DNA from: a virus
Reading direction: 5' to 3' (one strand)
DNA: 64,000 nucleotides
IMG/VR virus record: IMGVR_UViG_3300048815_000026
Span: 5,311 to 69,310 of that record
The position numbers and the translations under genes were made by a program. The notes under the pieces are model-generated. The model had not been told where the DNA came from, ran no database searches, and saw only the letters and a list, made by a program, of their open reading frames with translations. Shown here piece after piece: positions 26,301-35,796 of this stretch (position 1 is the first letter of the stretch; the number at the start of each line of letters is the position of its first letter).

Positions 26301-27451
26301 TCGCGGTTCAGCCACTGCCGCAAGTCGTTCAATCCCCCCAGCGTCTTCACTGTCCCCAGGCGCCGTTGCAGTTCCTTGATCTCCGCCGCATCCTCCGGCG
26401 CAAACTCCTCCAACGTCTCTGGGAACTTCACCGCGCTCTGCAACGGCGTGGGATCGACCGGCAAATCCTTCACCGGAGCCAACGTCTGCGCATGCGCCAC
26501 GTCGGTCTGCTCCTGCATCTTCTCGAGCACTGCCTGTGTCCGCGCTACCGCATCTTCCGGCGTCGCTGCCGTCGCCGGATTCAGTTCGGGATTGTCTGCC
26601 ACCACCTGGCGCAGACCACTCCCAATGTCCGTGGCAATTTCCTTGGGAAAGAAGCTGGTATCCCGAATAGTCCCGCGCGCCAAAACGCCCGCTAAAGACG
26701 CGTGCTGCGTAGCCGTATAGTTCTGCCCTACGATCTTCGGCTGCGGCTTAGCCCATGCCACCGCCGGCTCGACCACCTTGCCCAGCAGATAGCCGCCCAG
26801 CATTTGCCCGGCAGTGTTGGCCGGGTTGGCGGCCATCGCTACACCCTGCTCGCCGGCCTCCTGGCGCACGTCAGCGACCGCCTCAGCGTTCTGCGCGTCG
26901 ATCGTGGGGTTTCCCGTCACTGCCATCGCAGGGACGCCCAAGGCCGACCCTGAAGCCCCTCCAGCCATCAGTCCCTTGCCGGCTGCCTGCAGCGCCTCCC
27001 ACGGGTGCAGGACGGGGTTAACCAAGCCCTGCGCCGTACCTTGCCCAAACCGCTCCACCTGCCCACGCCAACCCGTGTCCGGAGTCGTGCCCGGCGCGGC
27101 CAGCTCCTCCGTGATCCGGTCGCGCCAGTTCTGCGGCGGAGTGGCCGCGGCAGGCTGCGAAGGGAGTCCGTCGGGGGCCTGGGCCGGCAGCACCGGAGCC
27201 GGCTGCAATCCGCCCGAGCCAAAATCAATCTGCCCCGACCGGTTCATCCCCGTACCCGGCACCGGAGGCGGATGCAGTTGGTCTCCGCCATACGCCGCGA
27301 ACGGGTTGACCGCCCCTGCCGCCGCCGGCGCAGGCAGGTCTGAAGTGCCCGTCACCGCCGTGTTATCGGGAGTCAGTACCCCGCCGCCATAACCCGCGAG
27401 TGGATCTTGATCCTGGGTCGTCTGGTCTGTCTGGTCTACCGTGGTGGTCAT
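23342..27451 (-). CDS. large ejection/polyvalent protein with zeta-toxin-like P-loop and ParB-like domains
   Basis: MTASPGSGKTT..MESIL; IAVDPKRFQFK..YVVNGHHR; located after other ejection genes. Confidence 0.75.
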   Translation of the reverse strand: MTTTVDQTDQTTQDQDPLAGYGGGVLTPDNTAVTGTSDLPAPAAAGAVNPFAAYGGDQLHPPPVPGTGMNRSGQIDFGSGGLQPAPVLPAQAPDGLPSQPAAATPPQNWRDRITEELAAPGTTPDTGWRGQVERFGQGTAQGLVNPVLHPWEALQAAGKGLMAGGASGSALGVPAMAVTGNPTIDAQNAEAVADVRQEAGEQGVAMAANPANTAGQMLGGYLLGKVVEPAVAWAKPQPKIVGQNYTATQHASLAGVLARGTIRDTSFFPKEIATDIGSGLRQVVADNPELNPATAATPEDAVARTQAVLEKMQEQTDVAHAQTLAPVKDLPVDPTPLQSAVKFPETLEEFAPEDAAEIKELQRRLGTVKTLGGLNDLRQWLNRELANQFPKNTVAAGRAGAVTKGLEDALGATRDLYYQKLEQATGQNFQWLKRQESSVLKAQEALQNAAPRMAKQQAIAEQPLSARETAAQALKGVDGGFMKGAAKLVANKVLGSTPMTPIQEGLQHFFSNLPEPSPTRLSGQYVQPVTPRTARTQVGTTGNAGAVGAGANAPLVPVRPGPAAVRAPYPQLNPGTAVEPVGPRPVVQPVRRPATEAAQPAETSPAAPARVEVAPGYTAEDVAPIKAKRSNTGTAQEAAFQQRVQENGPQMVADYLKANTKNGVPNIATDAAKEQFPEYVKDRTNQDRLVASAASQVADASLRTVLKKPPAPGKADVRIMTASPGSGKTTGLTTPGEGHVGLDMESILDNQADAVKKVQQIIDSGRRPTILWSYVDDPAKTVGRMIDRARRIGRTVQLSYMAHAYSEIPNVLEHLMQHFGDQLEVQTIDNSGERGSAKLLYNQDRTPEFISKVQQQWTPERTTEAMNERLEQINREKPIPSDIYAAAKATDATGEVNARSGSGSDRPGNSGRNEQPAGGLRSTVLEKPAAPAAATTPVKNSAPPKDSGAATTVKRMRVSDIAVDPKRFQFKLKTDKAGVTDALKGRKWNEDLADAIATWQDPADGKTYVVNGHHRIDLAKANGVEDIDTKPILSAKDAGEARVVGAMQNIAQGKGTAVDAAKFFRDTEATPETLAKRGITLKEKLASEGMALSKLSGPIFDDVVAGKIPESRAVAIGRATENPAEQEAILKTIEAREAKGGRVPDDVVDEMARMARGAGEHTDTQVSLFGTQEMKRNLMLEKAEVSQYIRRRISQERRLFAGVSKENKVAPLAQAGNTINTTENAKIAAGAAQAQELYDRLSTRAGPLDDILNRGAADLAAGKDANGVKSAAYEQARAALSKTLGGAAGPAERGSEAAGATLRPAEVSPGTIQSSKNGVAVRLRDGTRGRIAWQDPEQRIARIKTDDGRNITVKQSELKELEEEAVAKR

Positions 27452-27452
27452 C

Positions 27453-29288
27453 CTAGAAAACCTTCGCCCCCGGGTTGTCCTTCAAAAACCGTTCCTTCTG
27501 CTTTGGGTCGATGTGCCCATACCGCCCATCCTTCAGCTGCACCCCAACCTGCCCCGCCGGAATCTTGATGTTCTCCGGCCACCCATTCGGCTGATGTCTG
27601 CCGCCGCCTGTGGTATGCACCTGGTGCCCACCCTGCACCCCGGGAATGCCCTCCGCCAGCCGCCGCGTGGTCGCGTGAATCTGGTTGGTCTGCCGCAGAA
27701 AGTAATCCAGGTCCGGCGTCGAAGCATTCGGCAGCATATCCAACAGCCGGTTGACCTGAGATTCGGTCGCCCCCGGCAGCCCGCCCGCCTTGCGCATCGC
27801 CTGCAAATTCTCCCGCGCCGAAACCAGGCCGATTACATAGTTCCTCTGCTCCGGCGAAAGATTCGATTTCGCCAACTGCCCCTGAACCCACTGCGTTGCC
27901 GTCCCCTCCGGCTGCGCCAGCGCCGCGGCCACCAGCGTGTTGTCGATCCGCTGACCCTTGGCGGACATAGCCCTGGCCGCCTGCTCCAGAGTGTCGAGCG
28001 ATCCGCTCACATCGTTGAACTGCGCCACCTGCGCCTGGTTCTTTGAGGCCTGCGATTGGAACGCCGTGCCCACCCCCGTCGTGTTCCCCTGGTCATCGGT
28101 CAACTCCGTCCGCCCAGGCAAACCATGGCCCTGCAGATCCGTGCCCTTGGCCGCCAGCAAATAGCGCCCATAGTAGGCCTGCGCCCGCTCGCCCTCGACC
28201 GCAATCTGCTGCTGCCGCTGGTTCCATGCCGGCGTCCCCGGAGTGATCTTCTCCTGCTCGATCTCGGTCTTCCATTTGGCGATCTTGGCCATCGAATCGC
28301 GGTACTGGTTCAGCGCCACCCGTGACTGCGTGACCACCGAATCGGGATCCTCGACAATCGATTTCTCTCCCGTGGCCGGGTCCGTAACCACCTTCATCCC
28401 CTTGGAAGGGGCCTCGTCAATATCCTTCTGCTGGATGCCCTGAATCCGCAGATGCCCCGTCGTCGCCGCCCTGGTGATGCCGCCCAGGTCCGCCGGCCGG
28501 TACGTCGCGCCCACGATCAAATCGGGATTCTGCGCATGCATCTCCGGGGTGACAATCTCCGGCTCCATACCCTGCGCCTTGGCCGCATCCAGCGCGGTCT
28601 TCTGCTGCGTCTCCGCCAGGTTCGCCGAGGCCGCCTGCTGCGCCTGCTCGTTGCCGATCAGTTGTTGCTCCCGGCCCACCAACAGTTGATGGTGCCCCTC
28701 GGTCCCACCCACCAACGGCTCAATCCCCGGGAGTATCGCGGCCAGCGTGTCGTCGCCAATCCGCGCCAGCACCCGCTTTACCGGGCTCTTGATCTGCGAA
28801 ATCCCGCTCCCTGTCGAGGTCAGCCGCGCCAGCTCTGCCTGCTCCCGGTCCAACGTGGACGGCCCCTGCACTGGCTGCACTCCGCCCTGAGGAATCGCCG
28901 GCATCACCGGCGTTGTCCCACCCGGCCGCGCAAAACCGCCCGGATCCGGATTCGCCGGATCGGCCGCCGGAGCCAGCTGCGAAGCCGCGTACGCCGCTGG
29001 GCCACCTGATGCGTTGTAGTCAGCCGTCCTTTGCTGAAACGCCCCCGCCAGGCCAGCCCGCTTCGGCTCTGCCTGCGATGGCGGCGTCTTGATAGATCCG
29101 CTCTGCGGCGTCGTCTGCCCGGCCGAGGTCTGCGGCGCCGTGTTGGGCGGCGGCATCACCAAAGCCTGCGCCGGCGCAGGGCTGGCAAACCCGGCAATCT
29201 GCCGGTCTACATCATCGGCGTCGTCGTCCTGGCCCGGCCAATACGACGGGTTCGTCAGCATCTGCGTTCCGCCCATTAGTTCGTCCAC
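27453..29288 (-). CDS. putative DNA ejection / internal virion protein
   Basis: Q/A/G-rich helical 611 aa protein in podovirus ejection slot. Confidence 0.65.
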   Translation of the reverse strand: MDELMGGTQMLTNPSYWPGQDDDADDVDRQIAGFASPAPAQALVMPPPNTAPQTSAGQTTPQSGSIKTPPSQAEPKRAGLAGAFQQRTADYNASGGPAAYAASQLAPAADPANPDPGGFARPGGTTPVMPAIPQGGVQPVQGPSTLDREQAELARLTSTGSGISQIKSPVKRVLARIGDDTLAAILPGIEPLVGGTEGHHQLLVGREQQLIGNEQAQQAASANLAETQQKTALDAAKAQGMEPEIVTPEMHAQNPDLIVGATYRPADLGGITRAATTGHLRIQGIQQKDIDEAPSKGMKVVTDPATGEKSIVEDPDSVVTQSRVALNQYRDSMAKIAKWKTEIEQEKITPGTPAWNQRQQQIAVEGERAQAYYGRYLLAAKGTDLQGHGLPGRTELTDDQGNTTGVGTAFQSQASKNQAQVAQFNDVSGSLDTLEQAARAMSAKGQRIDNTLVAAALAQPEGTATQWVQGQLAKSNLSPEQRNYVIGLVSARENLQAMRKAGGLPGATESQVNRLLDMLPNASTPDLDYFLRQTNQIHATTRRLAEGIPGVQGGHQVHTTGGGRHQPNGWPENIKIPAGQVGVQLKDGRYGHIDPKQKERFLKDNPGAKVF

Positions 29289-30100
29289 CTCTCGGCCCGC
29301 ACCAGTGCCCGGTCAAAGATCAGCTTGAACACCTTGCGCACAATACGACTGCGGCGTACCCAGCCCGACGCCCGCAGCCCGTATTGGCTGTACATCCCGG
29401 CCCAAAAGCCGCCCCACCAGGTGCTCGAGAACGGTCCCCAGATCCAGGCCCGCAGCAGTTTCACCCGGTAGTCGTCCCACCCGCCATACAGCTCGACCGC
29501 AATCCAGCAACCCACCGAAACGCCGCCACCGCCGCCCGGGCTGTATCCCACCCGGCCCAGCTCTCCGGCCACGGTGTTGCCCACCTCATCCCAGAAGCTG
29601 GGCGTCTTCGCCGCGCCCTCTTCCGTCGACAACGCGCTGTCCCCAGCGCCCGTGGACGTCGAATACAAGCTCTGGTTGGCCGTGATCGGCTCCGCCGTGG
29701 CCTGCAGCGCCTGCTGGTTGTAGCCAGCCTCGCCAGCGATCCGCTGCTGCTGCGCACCTGCCTCCGCCGCCATAAGACTGCGCGTGTTCTCAGCCGCCGA
29801 AGATGCCACCGTGGCCGCATCTGCCGCCGAATTCTGCCCCGTGCGCAACGCCTGCGACTGCAGCGCCCCGGCAAGGGAATTGGCGCCGGCGTCCGAAGTG
29901 TTCGCCAGTCCGGTGTTGATGGTCTGGTCGTACTCCCCACCCTTGGTGTACGGGTTGCCGGAAACGAATTTCGCCAACTGGTTGTTGTAATTGCCGACGG
30001 CGTCCTCGGTCGAGCCGAAGGCCTTCTGTGCATTACTGAAGTCCGTCGCGTTCTCGTTCGACGCCGTGTTGAATGTCTGCGTGGATTGTCCGCGTGACAT
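29276..30100 (-). CDS. putative DNA ejection/pilot protein
   Basis: A/S/Q-rich with C-terminal GCWIAVELYG domain. Confidence 0.65.
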   Translation of the reverse strand: MSRGQSTQTFNTASNENATDFSNAQKAFGSTEDAVGNYNNQLAKFVSGNPYTKGGEYDQTINTGLANTSDAGANSLAGALQSQALRTGQNSAADAATVASSAAENTRSLMAAEAGAQQQRIAGEAGYNQQALQATAEPITANQSLYSTSTGAGDSALSTEEGAAKTPSFWDEVGNTVAGELGRVGYSPGGGGGVSVGCWIAVELYGGWDDYRVKLLRAWIWGPFSSTWWGGFWAGMYSQYGLRASGWVRRSRIVRKVFKLIFDRALVRAERWTN

Positions 30101-30136
30101 TAGTCGGGCACCCCACTTAGTAAGTTAAAATAGCTC

Positions 30137-30628
30137 ATGAGACTGATACCTCTAACTCGCGGTAAGTTTGCTAAGGTCGATGACTCTGATTACGAAGAGA
30201 TGTCCAAGTACTCATGGCAAGCAGAGCTTAAGGGGAACATGACTTATGCTGGACGCGCCCTGCCTCGGGTAAAAGGGGAACCTCGTCGCCGCATCTACAT
30301 GCATGTGCAAATCCTCGGAACTCCCAAGGGAAAGCGCTCGGACCATCACGACGGAGACGGACTGAACAATCAGCGCTACAATCTTCGGCCAGCCACTGCA
30401 TCGCAAAATGCTGCCAACTCTGAAGGCCATAAAGACCGGACCTCCCCGTTAAAGGGCGTTATCTGGGACAAGAACCGAAACGCCTGGGCCGCTCGCATCG
30501 GATTTAACAAGAGAACCATAAACCTCGGCAGGTATCGCACCAAGGAGGAGGCGGCTACCGCGTACGGGGCAGCCGCCGCGAGGTACTTTGGCGAATTTGC
30601 AAAATTGCCTAACGTAAGTCCCTCGTGA
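30137..30628 (+). mobile_element. HNH-AP2 homing endonuclease gene (antisense to late operon)
   Basis: IPLTRGK..MH..DHHDGDGLNNQRYNLR..KGV..W..LG. Confidence 0.9.
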
Positions 30629-31013
30629 AGTGAGCAAGGTCTTGATCCACACACTCAAAGCCGGCCCGCCGCAGCGGCTTGCCAATCATCTTCACCAGTT
30701 TTCTCGGGACGAACACCTCCAGCCAGCGAAGCCCCTTGCTCCTGAGCCTTTCGGCCAACCGTTCCACTTCCCGCTGCGCGGCGGCGGTGAACCTTGGATC
30801 GATCGCGACAAAGCGCAATTCCGCAACCGCCTCGCAGTAGTAGAGCCCCACGATTTGCCCGTCCGATTCGCCCACCACCGCGTCAATGATGCAGCTGCCA
30901 TCAAATGGCGGACCCTCGAAGTTTGTTCCCTGGATTCTGGATTGTTCCACGTGCAACGCATTGATAGCCGCCACATCGGCGCGCGTGGCCTCGCGGAAGC
31001 TAATCTTCGTCAT
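30609..31013 (-). CDS. GNAT-fold virion-associated protein
   Basis: FREATRADVAAINAL..DGQIVG..RRAGF. Confidence 0.6.
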   Translation of the reverse strand: MTKISFREATRADVAAINALHVEQSRIQGTNFEGPPFDGSCIIDAVVGESDGQIVGLYYCEAVAELRFVAIDPRFTAAAQREVERLAERLRSKGLRWLEVFVPRKLVKMIGKPLRRAGFECVDQDLAHFTRDLR

Positions 31014-31218
31014 GGTCGTACAATTCGCGGCGCAAATGCTCGGCCGCCGCCACCCGGACAAACTCGATCATCCCCAACGTGTCCGCGGCGATCTGCCCGC
31101 AGGAGTCATAGCTGATCTCTCCGTCTATGGTCCGGGTGACAATGAGCACCTGGACCACGTCGTCCATCCCCTCCATCTTCGAAATCAGGAAATCGCTGGG
31201 GCTCAGATCGTCGTTCAT
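31000..31218 (-). CDS. hypothetical protein
   Basis: Coupled small ORF MNDDLSPSDF... Confidence 0.55.
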   Translation of the reverse strand: MNDDLSPSDFLISKMEGMDDVVQVLIVTRTIDGEISYDSCGQIAADTLGMIEFVRVAAAEHLRRELYDHDED

Positions 31219-31478
31219 TTCACCGTCAACCCGTGCTTGCCGGCGTAGGCCAGCATGTTTTCCTGCGAAGTGTTCAGCGCCCCATTGTGCTTGGCGATCG
31301 CCGCCGCTGGATCCAGTTCGCCCAGGTTCGTCTTCAGATGAACTGCTCCACATGCCGGGCAGGCATCGTGCCCCACCCCAAGCTGCAACACGTGCTGATG
31401 CCCCCGCTCATCGCGCAGTTCGATCACATGAAATCCGCTCGCCAGGTCGAGATATTGCTGGTGCAGGTGAAAAGGCAT
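31215..31478 (-). CDS. hypothetical protein
   Basis: GAGGAG RBS; CPAC. Confidence 0.65.
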   Translation of the reverse strand: MPFHLHQQYLDLASGFHVIELRDERGHQHVLQLGVGHDACPACGAVHLKTNLGELDPAAAIAKHNGALNTSQENMLAYAGKHGLTVK

Positions 31479-31561
31479 GCGCTATTCTCTCCTCAGTCCT
31501 TGGGCTGGGGGGACGGATGGGGAGCCCACCACGATAGTTGTGGACACGCCGGTCCCGTTTA

Positions 31562-32659
31562 TCACGTAGTGCCCCCATAGAACCTGCCCGTGTTCTGCCC
31601 CGTAGGTCCGCCGCCGCCCACCGCGCCACCACTCACTCCGCCACTCACATTCACCGTGTCCCCGCCGGCATAATTCGCCCCCGGGTTCCCTGGAGCAATC
31701 GACTGCAGCACGCCGCCCGAAATCACCTGCGCGCCTGGCGCCGCCCCGCTGCCCGTGCTGGTGACAATGGCCAGCGAAACATCCGCCGTCAGATCGTTCC
31801 CACCGCTGACGACGTTCCACGCGATCACCGCGCCCCCGGCCCCCAGCACCAGGTGGATCACCGGCAGCACCAGCCCTGACCCGTTCGAAATCACCGAGAC
31901 CTTGCCCACCGGGATCCACGTATCGGGAAACGTCTGCGTCAAACTCGGCTTCAGCTGATACTTCGAGCCGTCCCACACCACAAACCCTGTGGTCCCATAC
32001 GCCACATTCAAGATGGTCCCCGCAGGGATCACCTTCGAGCTATTGCCCAGGATCGACGTCCAGGCCGTGTTCACCCCACCCGAGCCGTAAATGCGAACCG
32101 TCGCCGTCCCACCGGCCGCCACCGAATCCACCGTGGCAAAATTGCTCTGGTTGAGGCTCACATTCGGCTGCGTTGCCGCCGACGTCTGCAGCCCCGCCGC
32201 CACCGCGCCCGGCAGCACCACGTAGTTGTTCCAGTTCTGCTGGTTGTAGCTCGAGCGCAGCCGCCAGTAGAGCGTCGCCCCCGGGTTGGGAAACACATAG
32301 CTGGTCCCGGTCCCCACCGGATACTTCACCAACCCGGTTGCAAAATTGGCCGCCGGCGAACTGGAAAGCTCCTGATAAATCGGCGCATTCATCGGGTTGC
32401 CCGGCGCCGCCGATCCCGAGGCCTGCTGCGGAAGCGTGATCGTCACCGTGAAGCTGCCATTCGCCCCCACCACGGAAAGCCCGCACTGCGCCGGCGGCCC
32501 CAGGTTGGGCGTCGGCTTCGCATCCACCTTCTGCAGCGGCGCCGTAGCCCCCGCATAAAGCGACTGCACCGCCAGGTGCAAGCTGGTCAACGTCTCCCGC
32601 AAATCGCTGTTGCCCTTGGCCGCGGAATTGATCTGCGCCAGGTTGACCTGCAGCGCCAT
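31562..32659 (-). CDS. virion structural protein
   Basis: Beta-rich G/S/T protein in tail cluster. Confidence 0.7.
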   Translation of the reverse strand: MALQVNLAQINSAAKGNSDLRETLTSLHLAVQSLYAGATAPLQKVDAKPTPNLGPPAQCGLSVVGANGSFTVTITLPQQASGSAAPGNPMNAPIYQELSSSPAANFATGLVKYPVGTGTSYVFPNPGATLYWRLRSSYNQQNWNNYVVLPGAVAAGLQTSAATQPNVSLNQSNFATVDSVAAGGTATVRIYGSGGVNTAWTSILGNSSKVIPAGTILNVAYGTTGFVVWDGSKYQLKPSLTQTFPDTWIPVGKVSVISNGSGLVLPVIHLVLGAGGAVIAWNVVSGGNDLTADVSLAIVTSTGSGAAPGAQVISGGVLQSIAPGNPGANYAGGDTVNVSGGVSGGAVGGGGPTGQNTGRFYGGTT

Positions 32660-32695
32660 TAACCATCTCTCCCTAAAAACACGCCGCCCTCCCTC

Positions 32696-32770
32696 TTGTC
32701 ATCCCGAGCGTAGCCGAGGGACCTGCTATGCGCCTCAACCCCTCCCGAATGCCGCCAGGCGCAAGTAGCG
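32696..32770. repeat. REP-like element copy 1
   Basis: TTGTCATCCCGAGCGTAGCCGAGGGACCTGCT...GGCGCAAGTAGC; similar to 45961-46035. Confidence 0.65.
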
Positions 32771-32774
32771 AACC

Positions 32775-35700
32775 TCATCGCCCACTCCCCGAACGTCCGC
32801 TAAATAGCGGCCGCGACCACAGCGCCGCATACTTTACGCTGGCCCACGCATCCGCCTTCTTCCGGTTCGTGAACCGCAGCCGAAACCACTCATCCACCGG
32901 CCCCCGCGCGCCGGCGTCATATGCGTTCCACTGCTCCGGCGTGAGCACAAAATCCGGCAGCGGAATCTCCCTGACCGCCATCGGCCCCTGGTTGCCCACA
33001 CCAGGCGATGTCACCCCGCTCCGCGCCACCAGCACCGAGACCGATAACGCCCCCGATCCCACCGCGCTCACACTCGCCCCGCCCAGCATGTTCACCGCCG
33101 CACCCTGCGAAATCGCGGCCGTCTCATACTGCATATCGATCCCCTGGCCGTTGTCGTTGTACACGCCCATGGTGATCATCTGCACCGTGCCATCGGGAGA
33201 CGACGAACCAAACAGCACCTGCGATTGCCGCATGGTCCCAAAGATCGAAGCGTTCGCCGGCAACTTGCGCTCCATCTTCACGCACACGTTGGCCGCAATG
33301 TCGTCCAGCGACCACTGCCGCGCGCCGGCCAGGTACCGCTCGTTCCCATCCTGCGAAGTGAAATGGATCGGCCCCCCAAGGCCCCCCGAGTAGTTCAGGG
33401 TCAACACCTGGTTGGGCACCGTCGCATTGCCCAGCGGTACCCCGATGCGCAGCTCCTTCTTCTCCTCGTCTGCCTCGCACCAGATCGTCTGCTGCGCATC
33501 CCAGTTGATCCGCGACCACACCGTCTCCGGCTGATCCGGCGACTCCTTGGTCATCAGAAAGGGGGAGTCGCCCGAGGTGTACGCGTACCCACCGCTGCGA
33601 TGCACAAAGAACAGAAAATCATTGGTGACGCACACCGCCCGCGGCCCGCATGGCCCTATACCCGTCCAGCGCTGCAGCACCTGCCAGGTCGAAGGATCGC
33701 TCGGCCCAGGCACGATATTGAAGCCGCCCCGCTCCTTCAGCGAATACGTGGTCCCCTGGAAATCCCGCGCGCAGATGCACGCCTGCCCATCCCCATTGGC
33801 TACCTGGATCGGCGACGTGTCGCCATAGTAAGACTCCGAGTCCGCCGCCAGCGAAATGTAATGCCCGCTGGCGTACCCAGGAACCCCGGTCAAAATGATC
33901 CGGTTGAGCGTCTTCGAAAAATACACATCCACCGCCCACGGCGCCCAGATGCAGCGCAGCCGGTCCGTCATGTCCGTCGACGTCTCCGCCTGCAAAAACT
34001 CATCGGTGAAGTTGAAGAAGGCCGTGGTGGTGGTGTTGTCTGGGATGACCGTGGCCGTCTGCAAAACCCCGGCGCTCACCGCGGCTGAGGGAATGTAGAA
34101 AAACGGACCCACGTTGGTTCCATCGGCCACGCAGAAGCCGATTGTCCGATTGAGAGTGTTGGACGGTCCAACGGGGATATTTGCCATGTACAGCTCGTAC
34201 CCGGGGACGTCGACGAAGATCGACGTAAAAGCAGGGACTGTCCCTGAGAGATTGCCGTTTCGGTTAGTGAAACCAATTGATGCATATCTCAGTCCTTGCA
34301 CTCCGGTGTCGTTGACGTCTGCGGAGTCAGGCGCGATATTGCCCGCAGCGCCAGAAGTGTTGGCCACTGGAGGAGCCGGCCCGGTTGCGCTGGCAGTGAT
34401 GGTGCCGGTAGATAAGGGCTGAAAGGTTCCAACCAGCGCATACGCGCTAGTCGCTGGTGCTGGTGCCCCAGTTGCAACGTCACACTCATAAAGATTCACT
34501 CCCGTGATCTGGTAAAGGGTGGAAGGGATCGGCACCTGCGCCGCATCGTCAAGCACCGTGTCCACCAAAACTCCGGCCACCGACGGCAGCGTCTCTCCGC
34601 TAGAATTGGTGAATGTCGCTATCACGTAGACGTCTCGTCCCGCTGGGAAACTACCCGCCCCTGATGCGCGTTCCACTGTGGGCGCGCTTGGCGGTTGCAA
34701 GCCTCCCGGGGTTACTCGCGCTGTGTTTGCTGTTGGTGGTGCTGCTCCTGAAGCTGTAGCAGTCACCGTAACCACCGCCCCTAATCCGTAGCTCCCGACC
34801 AAAGCAAAGGATGCGCTGGCAGGGGCTGGCCCTCCAGTGGCCACATCGGCCTCGTAGAGCTTGCACCCGGTAGGAATAAAGCTCCCTCCGAGTCCACGAA
34901 TCCAACCAGCCAGGCTCGCGAGCGTGGGCATGGTCGTTTGCGCCGCATCGTTGAGTACCGTGTCCACCAGGACCGCCGGACCACTGGGGACCGACTCACC
35001 CTGAGCGTTGACGAAGGTGATCGCAAGATAAACGTCTCGCCCGGCTGCAAAAGTCCCCCCTCCCGAATCCCGTACGATAGAAGGTGTATTAGGCGCAGGC
35101 AGCCTATTGACCAAAACAGGAGTCGATTCCGTCCATGTCACCCCGCCGTCCGTCACCGTCCCGCCCTCAGTCAGTGGCCAGCTTGGCTGATTTGCCGAAG
35201 TTGTTCCCGCAACTGTACAGCGATACAAATGACCATTCCCGCCCGCTGCCGTTGGTTGAACGTACTCCCCCACCAGATACGCGGTCGATGCTAACCAACT
35301 TCCCCCCAAAGGCTTCTGCCCATAAGGATCGAGCGCCCCAGTGGACAAACCGTAAACGTTCATCGGCCCCGAAGCCGTCAACAGATTCGAGTAAGCGATG
35401 AACCCGCGGTTATACGCCTCGGTGATGATGGCGTGGGCATTGGCCGGCGGATACACCAGCGGCCCCTGCACCCGCACAAACCGGCCCGTGCCCACCGGCT
35501 TCTCGATCAGCAGATACCCATCGGTATCGAAGGCCATGGGCACCTGGAAGAACGACTCGCCCACATTCTCCGGGGTGTAGATCAGCGAAGCCAGGCCGCT
35601 GATCTGCGCTCCCTTGTTAGGCGACTGCATCGCCGTCTGCAGCCCGTACCGGCAAGCAAAGGTGGTCAGGTGAAAGCGGCAGTTTTTGGCTACCGCCGCT

Positions 35701-35789
35701 ACCCCCATGGGCAAAACAGTCGGATCGTCCTCGTCCACAAACCCACCGAAACGCGTGAATTCGTGCGGCGTGAAGCCGTCAAAATTCAA
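32775..35789 (-). CDS. tail nozzle/stabilization-like protein with inserted repeats
   Basis: GGFVDEDDP start; GIGPCGPRAV..FFVHRSG..WSRIN propeller-like C-terminal half; two GTFAAGRDVY repeats. Confidence 0.7.
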   Translation of the reverse strand: MNFDGFTPHEFTRFGGFVDEDDPTVLPMGVAAVAKNCRFHLTTFACRYGLQTAMQSPNKGAQISGLASLIYTPENVGESFFQVPMAFDTDGYLLIEKPVGTGRFVRVQGPLVYPPANAHAIITEAYNRGFIAYSNLLTASGPMNVYGLSTGALDPYGQKPLGGSWLASTAYLVGEYVQPTAAGGNGHLYRCTVAGTTSANQPSWPLTEGGTVTDGGVTWTESTPVLVNRLPAPNTPSIVRDSGGGTFAAGRDVYLAITFVNAQGESVPSGPAVLVDTVLNDAAQTTMPTLASLAGWIRGLGGSFIPTGCKLYEADVATGGPAPASASFALVGSYGLGAVVTVTATASGAAPPTANTARVTPGGLQPPSAPTVERASGAGSFPAGRDVYVIATFTNSSGETLPSVAGVLVDTVLDDAAQVPIPSTLYQITGVNLYECDVATGAPAPATSAYALVGTFQPLSTGTITASATGPAPPVANTSGAAGNIAPDSADVNDTGVQGLRYASIGFTNRNGNLSGTVPAFTSIFVDVPGYELYMANIPVGPSNTLNRTIGFCVADGTNVGPFFYIPSAAVSAGVLQTATVIPDNTTTTAFFNFTDEFLQAETSTDMTDRLRCIWAPWAVDVYFSKTLNRIILTGVPGYASGHYISLAADSESYYGDTSPIQVANGDGQACICARDFQGTTYSLKERGGFNIVPGPSDPSTWQVLQRWTGIGPCGPRAVCVTNDFLFFVHRSGGYAYTSGDSPFLMTKESPDQPETVWSRINWDAQQTIWCEADEEKKELRIGVPLGNATVPNQVLTLNYSGGLGGPIHFTSQDGNERYLAGARQWSLDDIAANVCVKMERKLPANASIFGTMRQSQVLFGSSSPDGTVQMITMGVYNDNGQGIDMQYETAAISQGAAVNMLGGASVSAVGSGALSVSVLVARSGVTSPGVGNQGPMAVREIPLPDFVLTPEQWNAYDAGARGPVDEWFRLRFTNRKKADAWASVKYAALWSRPLFSGRSGSGR

Positions 35790-35796
35790 GCGGCTC

